Shown one piece after another: positions 1 through 11,197 of a stretch of 64,000 bases of DNA. Positions within the stretch are counted from its first letter, which is position 1. The number at the start of each line of letters is the position of its first letter. The notes beneath the pieces are model-generated. The model did no database searches and was not told the DNA's origin. It saw only the letters and a list, made by a program, of their open reading frames with translations. The position numbers and the translations under genes are program-made. Origin of the DNA: Solirubrobacteraceae bacterium (GTDB lineage Bacteria; Actinomycetota; Thermoleophilia; Solirubrobacterales; Solirubrobacteraceae); assembly GCA_032119795.1 (NCBI GenBank), contig JAUMFO010000025.1, forward strand, positions 4,334-68,333. Reading direction: 5' to 3'.

Positions 1-308
1 GCCGGCGCGTCGCCGACGGCGGGTGCCTTGCCGGGACTGAGGGTGAGGATTGCGTCGCCGAGGTCGGAGCCGTAGAAGCAGCTGTCGGGGGTCGGGAGAG
101 AGGTATCGATCTCGGCGCCGGGCAGGAAGCTCTGCACGGTGGCGACGGGAAGCAGCTTGCAGACGCTCGAGGCCGCGTAGGCCCTGGCGGGGCCGGCGTT
201 CGTGACGCCCCGCATCTCGGCGGTGTCGCCGCCGCAGCCGGCGAGCGTGAGGGCGGTGACGGCGCCGCTGATCGCCGCGAGATGGAGACGCGAGGTCGGC
301 CGGGACAC
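1..308 (-). CDS. putative lipoprotein, N-terminal part only (gene runs off left edge)
   Basis: Not in the ORF track because there is no stop in the window. The reverse strand from GTG (308-306) reads VSRPTSRLHLAAISGAVTALTLAGCGGDTAEMRGV...SSVCKLLPVATVQSFL. It has a lipobox L-A-G-C after a hydrophobic stretch, and codon position 3 is almost all G/C. Confidence 0.5.
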   Translation of the reverse strand, partial: MSRPTSRLHLAAISGAVTALTLAGCGGDTAEMRGVTNAGPARAYAASSVCKLLPVATVQSFLPGAEIDTSLPTPDSCFYGSDLGDAILTLSPGKAPAVGDAP

Positions 309-334
309 GCCGGCGACCTTAACCAAATCTGGGC

Positions 335-697
335 CTAACTGGACGCCTCGATCTCGGCAAGCCGTGCGGCCACCAGGAGGTTGACCGCGTCGATCGGGAG
401 CGGCTCGCTGAGCGGAAACTGCACGGCACCGGTGGAGGTCTTGAACCTCTCGGTGATCTCGGGCAGGCCTGCGATGACGTTGCCGCTGCACGGGTAGTAC
501 CCGTCGTGGTGTTTGGCGGCGGCGTAGGCAGCGAGGTGCTTGCCGTGGATGTTGACGCCGGGCATCCGATACATCATCCCCTCGGTGGCGTCGTCGGGCG
601 CGGCGGCGAGGATCGCAGCGCGCAGCTCCTGCAGCCGGGCCCGGCGCTCGGGTTCGAGTGAGGCCAGGTACTCGTCGGGGTGTTCGAACGGCTCCAT
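335..697 (-). CDS. DUF1801 (YdhG-like) domain protein
   Basis: Only the C-terminal 120 aa of track ORF 335..937 look real (MEPFEHPDEYLASLEPERRARLQELRAAIL...YRMPGVNIHGKHLAAYAAAK). ATG at 697. The upstream 80 aa are an R/P/S-rich shadow overlapping the next gene. Confidence 0.75.
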   Translation of the reverse strand: MEPFEHPDEYLASLEPERRARLQELRAAILAAAPDDATEGMMYRMPGVNIHGKHLAAYAAAKHHDGYYPCSGNVIAGLPEITERFKTSTGAVQFPLSEPLPIDAVNLLVAARLAEIEASS

Positions 698-713
698 GGC
701 CTCAGCTTGCCGC

Positions 714-2627
714 TCAGCGGACGCGGATGCGAACGTGTTTGAGGCTCCCGCCGTCGGCAAACGGGTACGTCGTGGCGCTGTCGACTTTGGCCCGCACCGT
801 GTAGGTGCCAGGCTGGTTGGCGAACTTCGCGGTGGTCGTCCACTTGCCCGTCGCGTCGGTGCTGGCGGTGGCGAAGGTCCACCACCGGCTGCCGTCTTGG
901 ACCTGCAGCCGGACCGGCACCTTCTCCAGGAGTCCACCCAAGCCGAGCAGGGCGCCGCTGAACTTCACGCGGCTGCGGCGCGGCACCCGCTTGGGCGCCG
1001 TGAGCGCCGTCGCTGCTTTCACCGTCAGCGTGGCGCTCGTCGCCGCCCCCGGCTGGGCGTCTCCGAGGCGAGCGAGCCACTCCGCCCGGATCACCTGCGA
1101 GCCCTTCGCGCGAGCGACGGCCGTGGTGAACGCGCCGCTCGGGTCGGTCGTGACCGTCCCAAGCGCCTGCGGGCTGGCGCCCACCGCAGCGGGCAGCCCC
1201 GTGAGTTCGACGGCTGCGCCCGCGATCGGGTTCCCCAGCGGATCGGTGAGGCGCCCCGCCAGGTCGACCGTCTTGGTCGCGGACCAGCTGGTGACGTAGC
1301 TCGACTGCGCGACTCGGCCGCGGCACTCGATCACATGCTTGGCGGAGTACTTGGACTGCTTGCACCGCCGCAGCGACGCTTTGCTTGAGCGCGGCGTGCG
1401 AGCCGTCACCGGGAACGTGAGACTGAGACTGCCGGTGTCGGTCGCGCCCGGTGCGGGGCCACCGGTGGTGCCGGCGGTGACCTCGCCGTTCACGTCGCCG
1501 CGCACCACGGGCGTCGTGCCCGGCGTGGTTCCGGGCGTGATCCCCGGCGTGATCCCGGGGACGTTCGCCACCGCATTGCGGACGACGACCTGGCCCGACG
1601 TCACGAGACTCGTATTGCCTGACGCGTCTTCGAGGAGCACCCGCACGGCATGCGCACCGTCGGCGACTTTGGTGGTGTCCCAGGCCACGGTGGCACTGCC
1701 CGACAGCGGGCAGGGTTGACGCACGACGTAGGCGCGCAGACCATCGGCGGCCGAGGCCGGGTTGCAGCGGGACGCGTCGGCGGTGCCGTTGCGCGCGCTC
1801 GCGACCTCCTTGCCGTCGACCTCGACGATCGCGCGGTAGAGGCCCGAGCCCGTGTCGGAGCCGAGGACGATCACGTTGCGACTCCCCGACGCCGCGCCGG
1901 CGGCCGGGTCGATCTTGCCGGCCGCGTTCACGAGGCTGCCGGCGACCGCGCCGACGACCGGGGCGCTGTCGTCACGCAGGAGCACGTCATAGGCCGTCAG
2001 CAGATATCGGGCGTTGCAGCTGTAGTTGCTGCCGCTCCACGAGCCGCACACCACCTCGATCTTGAGTGGCGCTGCCGGCTTGTCCTGCGAGAGGGTGCCG
2101 AGATCAAGGCGGTTCGATGCGTCAAACGGGGGCGACGGCGTCCCTGCGTTTGAAGGGATCGTGGGGCCAGACAACGTGCCGTTGTTGTCGCCGTACCCGG
2201 TCTCGAGCGCGAGGTACCCGCCGTACTGGTCGAACGCGTTGTACGCGCTGCCGAGCTGGAAATACACGAGGTAGTACGGCGGCTGGTTGAAGAGCACGTT
2301 CTGCGAGGCATGCGCGGCACGCCAGATCGTGGCTGAGATTCCCGTGAGATTCGGGCCCGGGGAGTAGATCATCGACGCCGCGCCAACGCCGGTCGCGTCG
2401 CCCGCGATGACGCCGATCGAGCCTCCGGATGCGCACGTCGACTGGACCGCGGCGGCCGGCGTTGAGCCGGCGTCCCAGCCATCCGCCGGTGCCGCGGCGC
2501 CAGCCGGAGTCCGGCAACCCCACTGGTGGTAGGTGCCGGCGTCGGCGGCGGCCGGGGCCAGCGCGCCAAGCGCGAGCACGAGCGCAGCAGCGCGCCGGGC
2601 GACATGATTCAGCGTCCGGGCAAACAC
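714..2627 (-). CDS. large secreted hypothetical protein (signal peptide, Ig-like/carboxypeptidase-regulatory-like C-terminal region)
   Basis: GTG start. Signal peptide RRAAALVLALGALAPAAADA. PGITPGITPGTTPGTTP linker. The C-terminal part has TDPSGAF / TDATGKW beta-sandwich-type motifs. No family recognised for the N-terminal 350 aa. Confidence 0.7.
   Translation of the reverse strand: MFARTLNHVARRAAALVLALGALAPAAADAGTYHQWGCRTPAGAAAPADGWDAGSTPAAAVQSTCASGGSIGVIAGDATGVGAASMIYSPGPNLTGISATIWRAAHASQNVLFNQPPYYLVYFQLGSAYNAFDQYGGYLALETGYGDNNGTLSGPTIPSNAGTPSPPFDASNRLDLGTLSQDKPAAPLKIEVVCGSWSGSNYSCNARYLLTAYDVLLRDDSAPVVGAVAGSLVNAAGKIDPAAGAASGSRNVIVLGSDTGSGLYRAIVEVDGKEVASARNGTADASRCNPASAADGLRAYVVRQPCPLSGSATVAWDTTKVADGAHAVRVLLEDASGNTSLVTSGQVVVRNAVANVPGITPGITPGTTPGTTPVVRGDVNGEVTAGTTGGPAPGATDTGSLSLTFPVTARTPRSSKASLRRCKQSKYSAKHVIECRGRVAQSSYVTSWSATKTVDLAGRLTDPLGNPIAGAAVELTGLPAAVGASPQALGTVTTDPSGAFTTAVARAKGSQVIRAEWLARLGDAQPGAATSATLTVKAATALTAPKRVPRRSRVKFSGALLGLGGLLEKVPVRLQVQDGSRWWTFATASTDATGKWTTTAKFANQPGTYTVRAKVDSATTYPFADGGSLKHVRIRVR
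1508..1560. repeat. 12-bp tandem repeat (4 copies) inside CDS 714..2627
   Basis: cgggcgtcgtgc / ccggcgtggttc / cgggcgtgatcc / ccggcgtgatcc. It encodes the (PGxT)n linker on the minus strand. Confidence 0.8.
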
Positions 2628-2695
2628 GCCCGACAGCGTGTCACACCGTTCGCCGGTGAGCTAGAGCGCCACGGAGCGTGGCGCGTCGCCAGGGT

Positions 2696-4447
<1,752 letters not shown>

Positions 4448-4582
4448 GTGTTCCTGTCATCGGCACCGACGTCGGCGCCCTGAGTGCAGCTTGCAACACC
4501 GGGAGCGCCCGCCGCAAAAGATGGGGTCCGGACCTGGCATGGCACACGCCCCCGCGTGCCAACGAGGCCCCGGCCGGCGGCG

Positions 4583-5467
4583 TCAGCTGGCGCGTCGCTC
4601 GTAGCCGGCGGCCGGGGGCGCCGGGCGGCGACGGCGATCGATCAGCACCGGCGCCGGGTTGCGCGGTCGGCGCGATTCGTCCCGGGATGACTGGGCAAGC
4701 GCAGAAGCGAGCGCGAGGTAGACGGAGCTGCTCGTGGCCATACCGACGTGGCTCGCCGACACCTCCACCGCGTGGTAGCCGCTCGCGATGCATGCCTTGG
4801 CGCGGATCAGCCCGTCGGTGCGGGAGTAGACGGCAGTGCCAAGCGTTCCATCAGGCAACGGAGCTTGCAGATCGGGCCAGAACGCCTCACAGCAGGTGCG
4901 GGTTCGGACGGGATCGAGCACCTCGGGGTGGTCGTGCGCGGTGGTCGTGTCGGGCACGGGGCGCCCGGGGGCGCCAACCCAGCAGCTCGTCGCGATGTAG
5001 CCGCCGCGGGCGTCGCCAAGGCGAGAGAGCCAGGTGAGGTTGCGCTGGAGCAACGGGTGAAAGTCCTCGATCGTGCCGTTGATCGGGCTGCCGAGCGTGG
5101 TGACGGAGGCCACGAGATCGGGGCGACGGACGCCGAGCACATGGGCGAGCATGCCGCCGCGGGACTGGCCGATCACGTGGATGCGTCGACCATCGAGGCG
5201 GTAGGCCTGCTCCGCACGCGCCTCCAGCGACGCCATGACGCGCTCCGAGCACTGGATGTTGCTGCGGATCCCGCTGCTCTCGGCCTGGTAGCCGATTCGT
5301 GAGAGCCACCCGCGCATTGGCCTGAGCGTGTCGTCGCCGACGAGGAGGCCGGGGATGGCGAGGATCCGTTCGCCGTCGCCGCGGCGCACGCCACGGCCAC
5401 GCCAGACCTCGGATCGCATCAGCGAACCGAGCTCGAGGGGGATTCTGAGTTCACCGAGGATGTTCAT
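4583..5467 (-). CDS. alpha/beta hydrolase (lipase/esterase-like)
   Basis: Nucleophile elbow G-Q-S-R-G-G (HVIGQSRGGMLAHV). The ATG at 5467 (MNILGELRIPLE) is preferred over the track start at 5542. Confidence 0.75.
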   Translation of the reverse strand: MNILGELRIPLELGSLMRSEVWRGRGVRRGDGERILAIPGLLVGDDTLRPMRGWLSRIGYQAESSGIRSNIQCSERVMASLEARAEQAYRLDGRRIHVIGQSRGGMLAHVLGVRRPDLVASVTTLGSPINGTIEDFHPLLQRNLTWLSRLGDARGGYIATSCWVGAPGRPVPDTTTAHDHPEVLDPVRTRTCCEAFWPDLQAPLPDGTLGTAVYSRTDGLIRAKACIASGYHAVEVSASHVGMATSSSVYLALASALAQSSRDESRRPRNPAPVLIDRRRRPAPPAAGYERRAS

Positions 5468-5718
5468 CGCGTGTGGGGCGCTGGGCCGACCCGCAGAGTC
5501 CACCGTTCGGGAGGTCGCGGACAGGTCGCAGCGTGTTCTCATTCATCGACCCACCGCCGGAGGATCCACAGTCCCCTGGCCGGATGCATACGCCGAACCG
5601 CCTCGAGAACCGGGCGTTCTCCCGTAGTCTGGAAGAACGTCCCGCAATGTTGGCGCGGTCGAGCGCTCAGCAACCGTCTCAGCGCGCGAGTCGGCCCCTT
5701 GCTGTTCAATGAACCTCA

Positions 5719-6354
5719 GTGCAATCCGGCATGCCTGGCCCACACTCGTCGACCTCCCGCGGACGCGGACGCCCCCCGACCCTCGACCGCACCGCGGCCC
5801 TCGACGCCGCGTGGCAGGTCGTGGCCGAGCGCGGCCTCGAGCGCACGCGCTACGCCGACGTCGCCCGGGCTAGCGGCGCGCCCGTCAGCACCCTCCAGAA
5901 CGCCTTCGGAAGCCTCGAAGCACTCCTGAACGCCGCCATCGATCAGGCCGCGGGCCGCGACGCCGAGTACCTCACGGAGATCCCCGGCGAGCACGAGGCG
6001 ACGGCGCTCGAACGGCTCGAGCAGCTGATTGTCGGGTCCTTTGAGGAGCCCGATGCGTTTGAGTCCTGGCTCGTCTGGCTTGAACTCTGGCGTGCCGCCG
6101 CACGCAACACCGCGCTGGCGGCCCACACGCAGTCGGCCTACGACCCGTGGTGGGCATGCGCCGAGAAGATCATCCGGCACGGCCAGCGCAGCGGCGAGTT
6201 CACCGCCGAACTCGACGCGAAGGACATGGCGATCGCGGTGGTGGCCGTGCTCGACGGCTGCGCCTGCGCGCTCCTGCTGCGCGCCGGCAACCAAGACCCA
6301 GCCAACGCGGGCCGGATCGCGTTCGCCACGATCTCCCGCGCGCTCGCCGCCTGA
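5719..6354 (+). CDS. TetR-family transcriptional regulator (paralog 1)
   Basis: N-terminal HTH GRGRPPTLDRTAALDAAWQVVAERGLERTRYADVARASGAPVSTLQNAFGS. GTG at 5719, with an alternative ATG at 5731. Confidence 0.85.
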   Translation: MQSGMPGPHSSTSRGRGRPPTLDRTAALDAAWQVVAERGLERTRYADVARASGAPVSTLQNAFGSLEALLNAAIDQAAGRDAEYLTEIPGEHEATALERLEQLIVGSFEEPDAFESWLVWLELWRAAARNTALAAHTQSAYDPWWACAEKIIRHGQRSGEFTAELDAKDMAIAVVAVLDGCACALLLRAGNQDPANAGRIAFATISRALAA

Positions 6355-6551
6355 CGTCATCCCACCGCTTTTCGCTCCGTCGGGCCGACGCCTGGGCGCA
6401 TGCCGGAAACCAGGGCACCGGACGGTTGTCGTATGGCGATACGGACGATTGCTACGGTCCAACCAGGCATTGAGCACTACGCCCGAGCCTGATCGCTCGC
6501 GGTCGCCAGTCAGCGTTGGGGGACGCTTCTGGCCGGCCGCCCGAGCGCACC

Positions 6552-6592
6552 GAGGAGGCTGTCCCCGCTTGCAGGTTGGGGGTGGCCTCCTC
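6552..6592. terminator. GC-rich hairpin between convergent TetR and GGDEF-EAL genes
   Basis: gaggaggc ... gcctcctc 8-bp stem enclosing a cccc...gggg inner stem. No clear U-tract. Confidence 0.35.
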
Positions 6593-6606
6593 GTCGTGCG
6601 CTGAAG

Positions 6607-8838
6607 CTAGGCCGCTCGGCGCGGCACGCTCGGCGCGGCGCCGAGCGGGTCGCCATGGTCGAGCGCCGTGGCGATCTCTGCGGCGGGGAGCGGCCTGGCG
6701 AAGTGGTAGCCCTGGCCGGTCTCGCAGCCCCAGCGAGTCAGCAGCTCGACCTGCTCGCCGTACTCGACGCCCTCGGCGACGACGGTAAGCCCAAGCGAGT
6801 GGGCCAGCCCGATGACGCCCTCGACGATGGCCGCGTCCTCGGCACCATCGAGGAGGCCGTCGACGAACGATTTGTCGATCTTGAGCGTGTTGACGGGCAG
6901 CAGCTGGCGCAGGTGGCTGAGTGAGGCGTAGCCGACGCCGAAGTCGTCGACGGCGAGGCCGACGCCCAGTTCGATCAGAGCGGCCAGCGTGCGCGTGGTC
7001 GACTCGCTGTCTCCCAGGACCGCCGTCTCGGTGATCTCCAAGCAGAGCTGCTGGGGCCGAATCCCAGAGGACTCAATCACTCGGCGCACCGTGTCGACAA
7101 GGCCGGGGCCCGTGAGCTGCTGGCTGGCGACGTTGACGGACACCTTGAGCGTCTGGTCGCCCCATTCCGCGAGCTGCCGACATGCCTCTTCGACCACCCA
7201 GGTGCCGATCGCGACGATCGTGCCGTTCTGCTCGGCCAACGGAATGAAGTCCGCGGGGTTCACCAGTCCGATGGTCGGGTGTTGCCAGCGCAGCAGCGCC
7301 TCAACGCCGGTGATGTGGCCGCTGGGCAACTCCACGAGCGGCTGGTAGACCAGGAAGAGTTCGTCGCGCTCCAACACCGAATGCAGCGAGGATTCGAGTT
7401 CCAGTCGTTCCATCGCGCGGCGGCGCATCTCCTCATCGAAGATGTCGCAGCGGCCTTTGCCGAGCTGTTTGGCGCGGTACATGGCCGAGTCGGCGTCGCG
7501 GAGGGCAATGTCGGCGTCGACGGGCTCGTCGGCTGGGCACAGCCGAACGCCCATCGAGCTACTGACGTAGATCGGTTCGCCGTCGATGAAGACCGGCGTG
7601 CGGAGTTCGTGCACGATCCGCTCGGTCATCGCCACGGCGTCGGCCTGCTGCGCGCTGCCGCCAAGCAGGATCACGAACTCGTCGCCACCGAAGCGGGCAA
7701 CCACATCGTCCGGACCCAGTGCGGCCTGCAGTCGAGCAGAGAAGGCTTTGAGCAGCTCATCGCCAGCACCATGACCAAGCGAATCGTTGACGACCTTGAA
7801 GTCGTCGAGATCCAGGAACACGACGCTCGTGCCCGTCCCCTCGGCGATCGAGTCTTCCAGGCACCGCATAAACATCACGCGGTTCGGCAGGCCCGTCAGC
7901 GCGTCATGGTGGGCGCGCCAAAGGAGATCCGATTCAAGCGTGCGCCGGCGAGTGACGTCGATGCAGTGACTGATCCAGCCTTGGTGATTGCCGGACCCGT
8001 CATGAAGCGGCGCGTGGCGCCACTGGCCCCAGCCAGAGCCGTCGGCGTGGCGGAGCTCTAGGGAGTGGTGGCCGGGAAAGGTCTCGCCCGCCAGATCGGC
8101 GGTGTCGATGAGTTCACCGAGGTTGCGGCCGACGAGGTCGACGCCCTCGGTCGCGGCGTTCCAGCGGCGCAGCAGTGCGCCATTGACCTCATGAATCTCG
8201 CCTTGAAGGCCGACGAGCGCCATCCCGATCGGGGCGTCGTTGAAGGCGCTCCCAAACCGCTCTTGGCTGTGGGCCGCGGCTCGCCGCGACTCCTCGTTGA
8301 CCCTCCACCCGATCAGGCAGATGATTCCCTGCGCGCCGATGAACACGGCGTGGATGACCGACCATTTGAGCGGGTGCTCGATCGCGTCGGGGTGGTCGAA
8401 GACGGAGGAGGCCGACGCCAGGCTCATCGTGAGGTGGTGGACGAGCACGTAGGCAAACGCCAGCAGGTAGGGGAACCACTCCTCGTAGAGGGCGAGCAGC
8501 GCCACCATCACGAAGAAGTGGAAGTGGGCCTCGACGGCCCCTTCCATCAGGTGGACCAGGATCGCCGAGGCGCTCAGGAGCCCCAGGGCGACGGCAGCCT
8601 CACGCAGGCGGCGGCTCAGCCTCGACTGCATCGCGAACGCCGCCGGGACCGCGAGCGGCACCACATCCAAGATCGAATGCCCGACACCGAACCCCTTGAG
8701 CAGCCCCCAGAGCAGCATCACGGGGATGTGCGCGAGCAGGACGTACGTCATCGCGCGGTGGCGCGACTCCCATTGGTCGGGGGGCAGGCTGTGACCCTTG
8801 GGCAGCCACGCGCGGATCGATGAGAGCACTTCAGGCAT
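6607..8838 (-). CDS. membrane-anchored PAS/GGDEF/EAL protein (diguanylate cyclase/phosphodiesterase)
   Basis: N-terminal multi-TM region, RFGGDEFVILL (GGDEF), GVEALLRW (EAL), and DDFGVGYASLSHLR typical of EAL domains. ATG at 8838. Confidence 0.9.
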   Translation of the reverse strand: MPEVLSSIRAWLPKGHSLPPDQWESRHRAMTYVLLAHIPVMLLWGLLKGFGVGHSILDVVPLAVPAAFAMQSRLSRRLREAAVALGLLSASAILVHLMEGAVEAHFHFFVMVALLALYEEWFPYLLAFAYVLVHHLTMSLASASSVFDHPDAIEHPLKWSVIHAVFIGAQGIICLIGWRVNEESRRAAAHSQERFGSAFNDAPIGMALVGLQGEIHEVNGALLRRWNAATEGVDLVGRNLGELIDTADLAGETFPGHHSLELRHADGSGWGQWRHAPLHDGSGNHQGWISHCIDVTRRRTLESDLLWRAHHDALTGLPNRVMFMRCLEDSIAEGTGTSVVFLDLDDFKVVNDSLGHGAGDELLKAFSARLQAALGPDDVVARFGGDEFVILLGGSAQQADAVAMTERIVHELRTPVFIDGEPIYVSSSMGVRLCPADEPVDADIALRDADSAMYRAKQLGKGRCDIFDEEMRRRAMERLELESSLHSVLERDELFLVYQPLVELPSGHITGVEALLRWQHPTIGLVNPADFIPLAEQNGTIVAIGTWVVEEACRQLAEWGDQTLKVSVNVASQQLTGPGLVDTVRRVIESSGIRPQQLCLEITETAVLGDSESTTRTLAALIELGVGLAVDDFGVGYASLSHLRQLLPVNTLKIDKSFVDGLLDGAEDAAIVEGVIGLAHSLGLTVVAEGVEYGEQVELLTRWGCETGQGYHFARPLPAAEIATALDHGDPLGAAPSVPRRAA

Positions 8839-9061
8839 CAGGCACCACCTGGATCGACCGGTTCACGTTCTTGTTGATTGGTTCCTGGCATGAATCCGCT
8901 CCGGACACGGTGCGTTGTACGACGCCGAGATCGGCGTCCCGCCCTTGTGGGACAAGCGATTTCGGATGCCCGCGCGCCAACCCGGTACCCCGAAATCGAG
9001 CCGGTTGGCCGTGGCCGTTTGGCCCTTCCGCCGGACCGTGCAGGCTGCGATAGTCCCGGCC

Positions 9062-9706
9062 GTGACGATTCCTGAGGGCCCCGGATCTGGGGTCAAACGG
9101 CGCCTTGGACGGCCGCCGACCCTGAACCGCGACGCGGCGCTGAAGGCTGCTCGAGGCGTGATTGCGGAGCGTGGCTTCGACCGCACGCGGTACGCCGACG
9201 TGGCCGAGGCCTCCGGCATTCCAGTGACGACCCTTCAGCACGCCTTCGGCTCGCTGAAGGCGATGCTGCTGGAGTCGGTGCAGAAGTCGGCCGCGTCGGA
9301 GATCGCCGTGTTGCGTGATCTCTCGTACGACACGTCACTCACGCCGTGGGAGCGGCTGCAGGAGTTCATTGCCGGAGCCGTCCACCCACCTGACGAGCCC
9401 GACTCGTGGCTGCTGTGGCTGGAACTCTGGCGTCTGGCAGGCCGAGACCCCGAACTCGGCGCCGACGCCGGCGTGATCTACGCGCACTGGTACGACTACG
9501 TGGAGGAGCTGGTCGCACTTGGCGCCGAGGCCGGCGAGCTGTCCGGCCCGTTTGCCGAGTCGCCGCGCGACGGCGCCATCGCGCTCGTCTCGGTGATCGA
9601 CGGGCTCGCCGTCGCGTTCGTCATCCGCGCCGACGGGCCAGACTACGACCGCCTGCTTGAGCTGTCGATCAAGGCGGCGTCGGCGCTCCTGGGGCACCAC
9701 ACGTAA
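9062..9706 (+). CDS. TetR-family transcriptional regulator (paralog 2)
   Basis: KRRLGRPPTLNRDAALKAARGVIAERGFDRTRYADVAEASGIPVTTLQHAFGS is collinear with the TetR at 5719. The GTG at 9062 gives a length matching the paralog. The track start (TTG 8915) and ATG 8966 remain possible. Confidence 0.8.
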   Translation: MTIPEGPGSGVKRRLGRPPTLNRDAALKAARGVIAERGFDRTRYADVAEASGIPVTTLQHAFGSLKAMLLESVQKSAASEIAVLRDLSYDTSLTPWERLQEFIAGAVHPPDEPDSWLLWLELWRLAGRDPELGADAGVIYAHWYDYVEELVALGAEAGELSGPFAESPRDGAIALVSVIDGLAVAFVIRADGPDYDRLLELSIKAASALLGHHT

Positions 9707-9710
9707 GGCT

Positions 9711-11045
9711 CTACTTGACGGTGAGGCTTGCGCCTGCCGTGGTCGGCATCCCGGGCAGGGCGGCGTGGTCGAGCGACGGCGGCGCCGGGATCGCAGCGTC
9801 CTCCCACGGGAATGGCGGCAACGGACTCGCCGGCCCGGTGCCAGGCGCGCCCTCGGTGACGACGTTGCCGAGGAGGACGAGGTCGTCGTCGGAGAGGGCC
9901 GGCCGCGGGACGGTCGAGCCGTCCTGGGAGGCGTCGTCAAACGGATCGGCCGTGCTGATCGTCTCGGAGCCCGGCGCCTTCACGATCACGTTGTCGATGA
10001 ACCAGACGTGGCGGTTCGGGATGCGGACGGCATTGGTGCCGTCGTCGACGCGCGTCGTGCCCCACGCGCCCTCATCGATCAGCGCGCCGCAGCGCTCGCG
10101 GCCGTCATCGCCCGGCTGGCCGTCGCATGACCGCAGCCCAAAGACGGCTTCGAGCGCATGCGAGCGACTGCCGACGTTGATCAGCGTGTTGCGGGCAAAC
10201 AGTGCGTCGTAAGCGCCGTTGGCGCCAAGTCCCGCACCGGCCGTGTCGGTGATGCGGTTGTTCCAGACGCGCACGTCGTAGGCCTCGTACTTGAGCCACG
10301 GCGCCTGCATGAACTGCAGACCGGTCCCCTGGCCGGCGACGAATCCGCCCGTACCGCAGTCATGGATCCGGTTGCCGTAGACGCGGATGTAGGCGCTGCC
10401 GCCTTTGGCGTAGGCGCACCAGTCCTCGGCGTGGTGGATGTCGTTGTTTGCGATCGTCCCCTCCTGCACGGCGACCAAGTCGATGGCGTTGTCGGTCGCA
10501 CCGGAGATGTCGCTGCCCGTGATCGTCACGCGGCGTGACTGGTTGACCTTCACGCCCTCCTGCACTTGCCCGCGCCCGAGCACGCGGACCTTGCTGAGCG
10601 TGAAGCCGTCGCAGCGTTCGCAGTGCACGTCGCCCGCGACACTCGTGTTGGCGAGCGCGAAGTCCTTCACGCCGTAGATGTTGAGCGGCGGAATGGTGGT
10701 CTTCGTCATGCCGGCGCCGACGATCCTGATGCCGTTCTTCGTCTCGTAGTAGGTCGCACCGACCTTGACCTTGCCGGCCTTGATGCGGATCGTCGAGCCG
10801 TTCTTCGCCAGGCGCCACGCCTGATCGAGGCTCTTCACCGGAGCACGCTTGGTCCCCTTGCGTGCGTCGGAGCCCTTCTTGGGATCGACGTAGAGCGTCG
10901 TCCCGGCGGCAGCGCGCGCGTACTGCGCGTTGGCGGAGGCGGTCGCGGGGGTCGCAGCGATCGCGCTCGCGAGCGCGACCACCAACCCGGCAGCCCCGAC
11001 GGTGCCCCGTGCGGGAGGGGTAGAGCGGCGCAGCACGTCAAGCAT
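9711..11045 (-). CDS. secreted right-handed parallel beta-helix repeat protein (pectate-lyase-fold)
   Basis: ATG at 11045 gives a signal peptide (MLDVLRRS...ALASAIAATPATASA). Repeated N-x-I/V-x-D/G turns (NDIHHAEDW, NRIHDCGTGG, NNRITDTAGAG, RNTLINVG). The upstream 99 aa of the track ORF are R-rich shadow. Confidence 0.75.
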   Translation of the reverse strand: MLDVLRRSTPPARGTVGAAGLVVALASAIAATPATASANAQYARAAAGTTLYVDPKKGSDARKGTKRAPVKSLDQAWRLAKNGSTIRIKAGKVKVGATYYETKNGIRIVGAGMTKTTIPPLNIYGVKDFALANTSVAGDVHCERCDGFTLSKVRVLGRGQVQEGVKVNQSRRVTITGSDISGATDNAIDLVAVQEGTIANNDIHHAEDWCAYAKGGSAYIRVYGNRIHDCGTGGFVAGQGTGLQFMQAPWLKYEAYDVRVWNNRITDTAGAGLGANGAYDALFARNTLINVGSRSHALEAVFGLRSCDGQPGDDGRERCGALIDEGAWGTTRVDDGTNAVRIPNRHVWFIDNVIVKAPGSETISTADPFDDASQDGSTVPRPALSDDDLVLLGNVVTEGAPGTGPASPLPPFPWEDAAIPAPPSLDHAALPGMPTTAGASLTVK

Positions 11046-11197
11046 CCCGGCACCTATCGGCAGGCAGACGGCTGGGCTGGAGATCACCTCAGCCGGCCGC
11101 CGACGTCCTCGACGTCGCGCACGGACGGCGCCGAGCTTGCAGCGCCTGCGGTGCCACCACCCCCGCGATAGGGTGCATCGGGAGCGAGGACGGCACG

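Noticed and set aside
335-937. 200-aa version of the DUF1801 gene, and the overlapping ORFs 540..1388 and 574..1365
   Set aside because: The N-terminal 80 aa overlap the 3' end of the large secreted-protein gene and are R/P/S-rich. The DUF1801 domain begins at the internal ATG at 697.
8839-9061. c-di-GMP or other riboswitch in the leader of the GGDEF-EAL gene; c-di-AMP (ydaO-type) riboswitch upstream of the SpoIID gene (57516-57784)
   Set aside because: I could not find the conserved core sequences of these riboswitch classes by eye. A covariance-model scan would be needed, so no claim is made.
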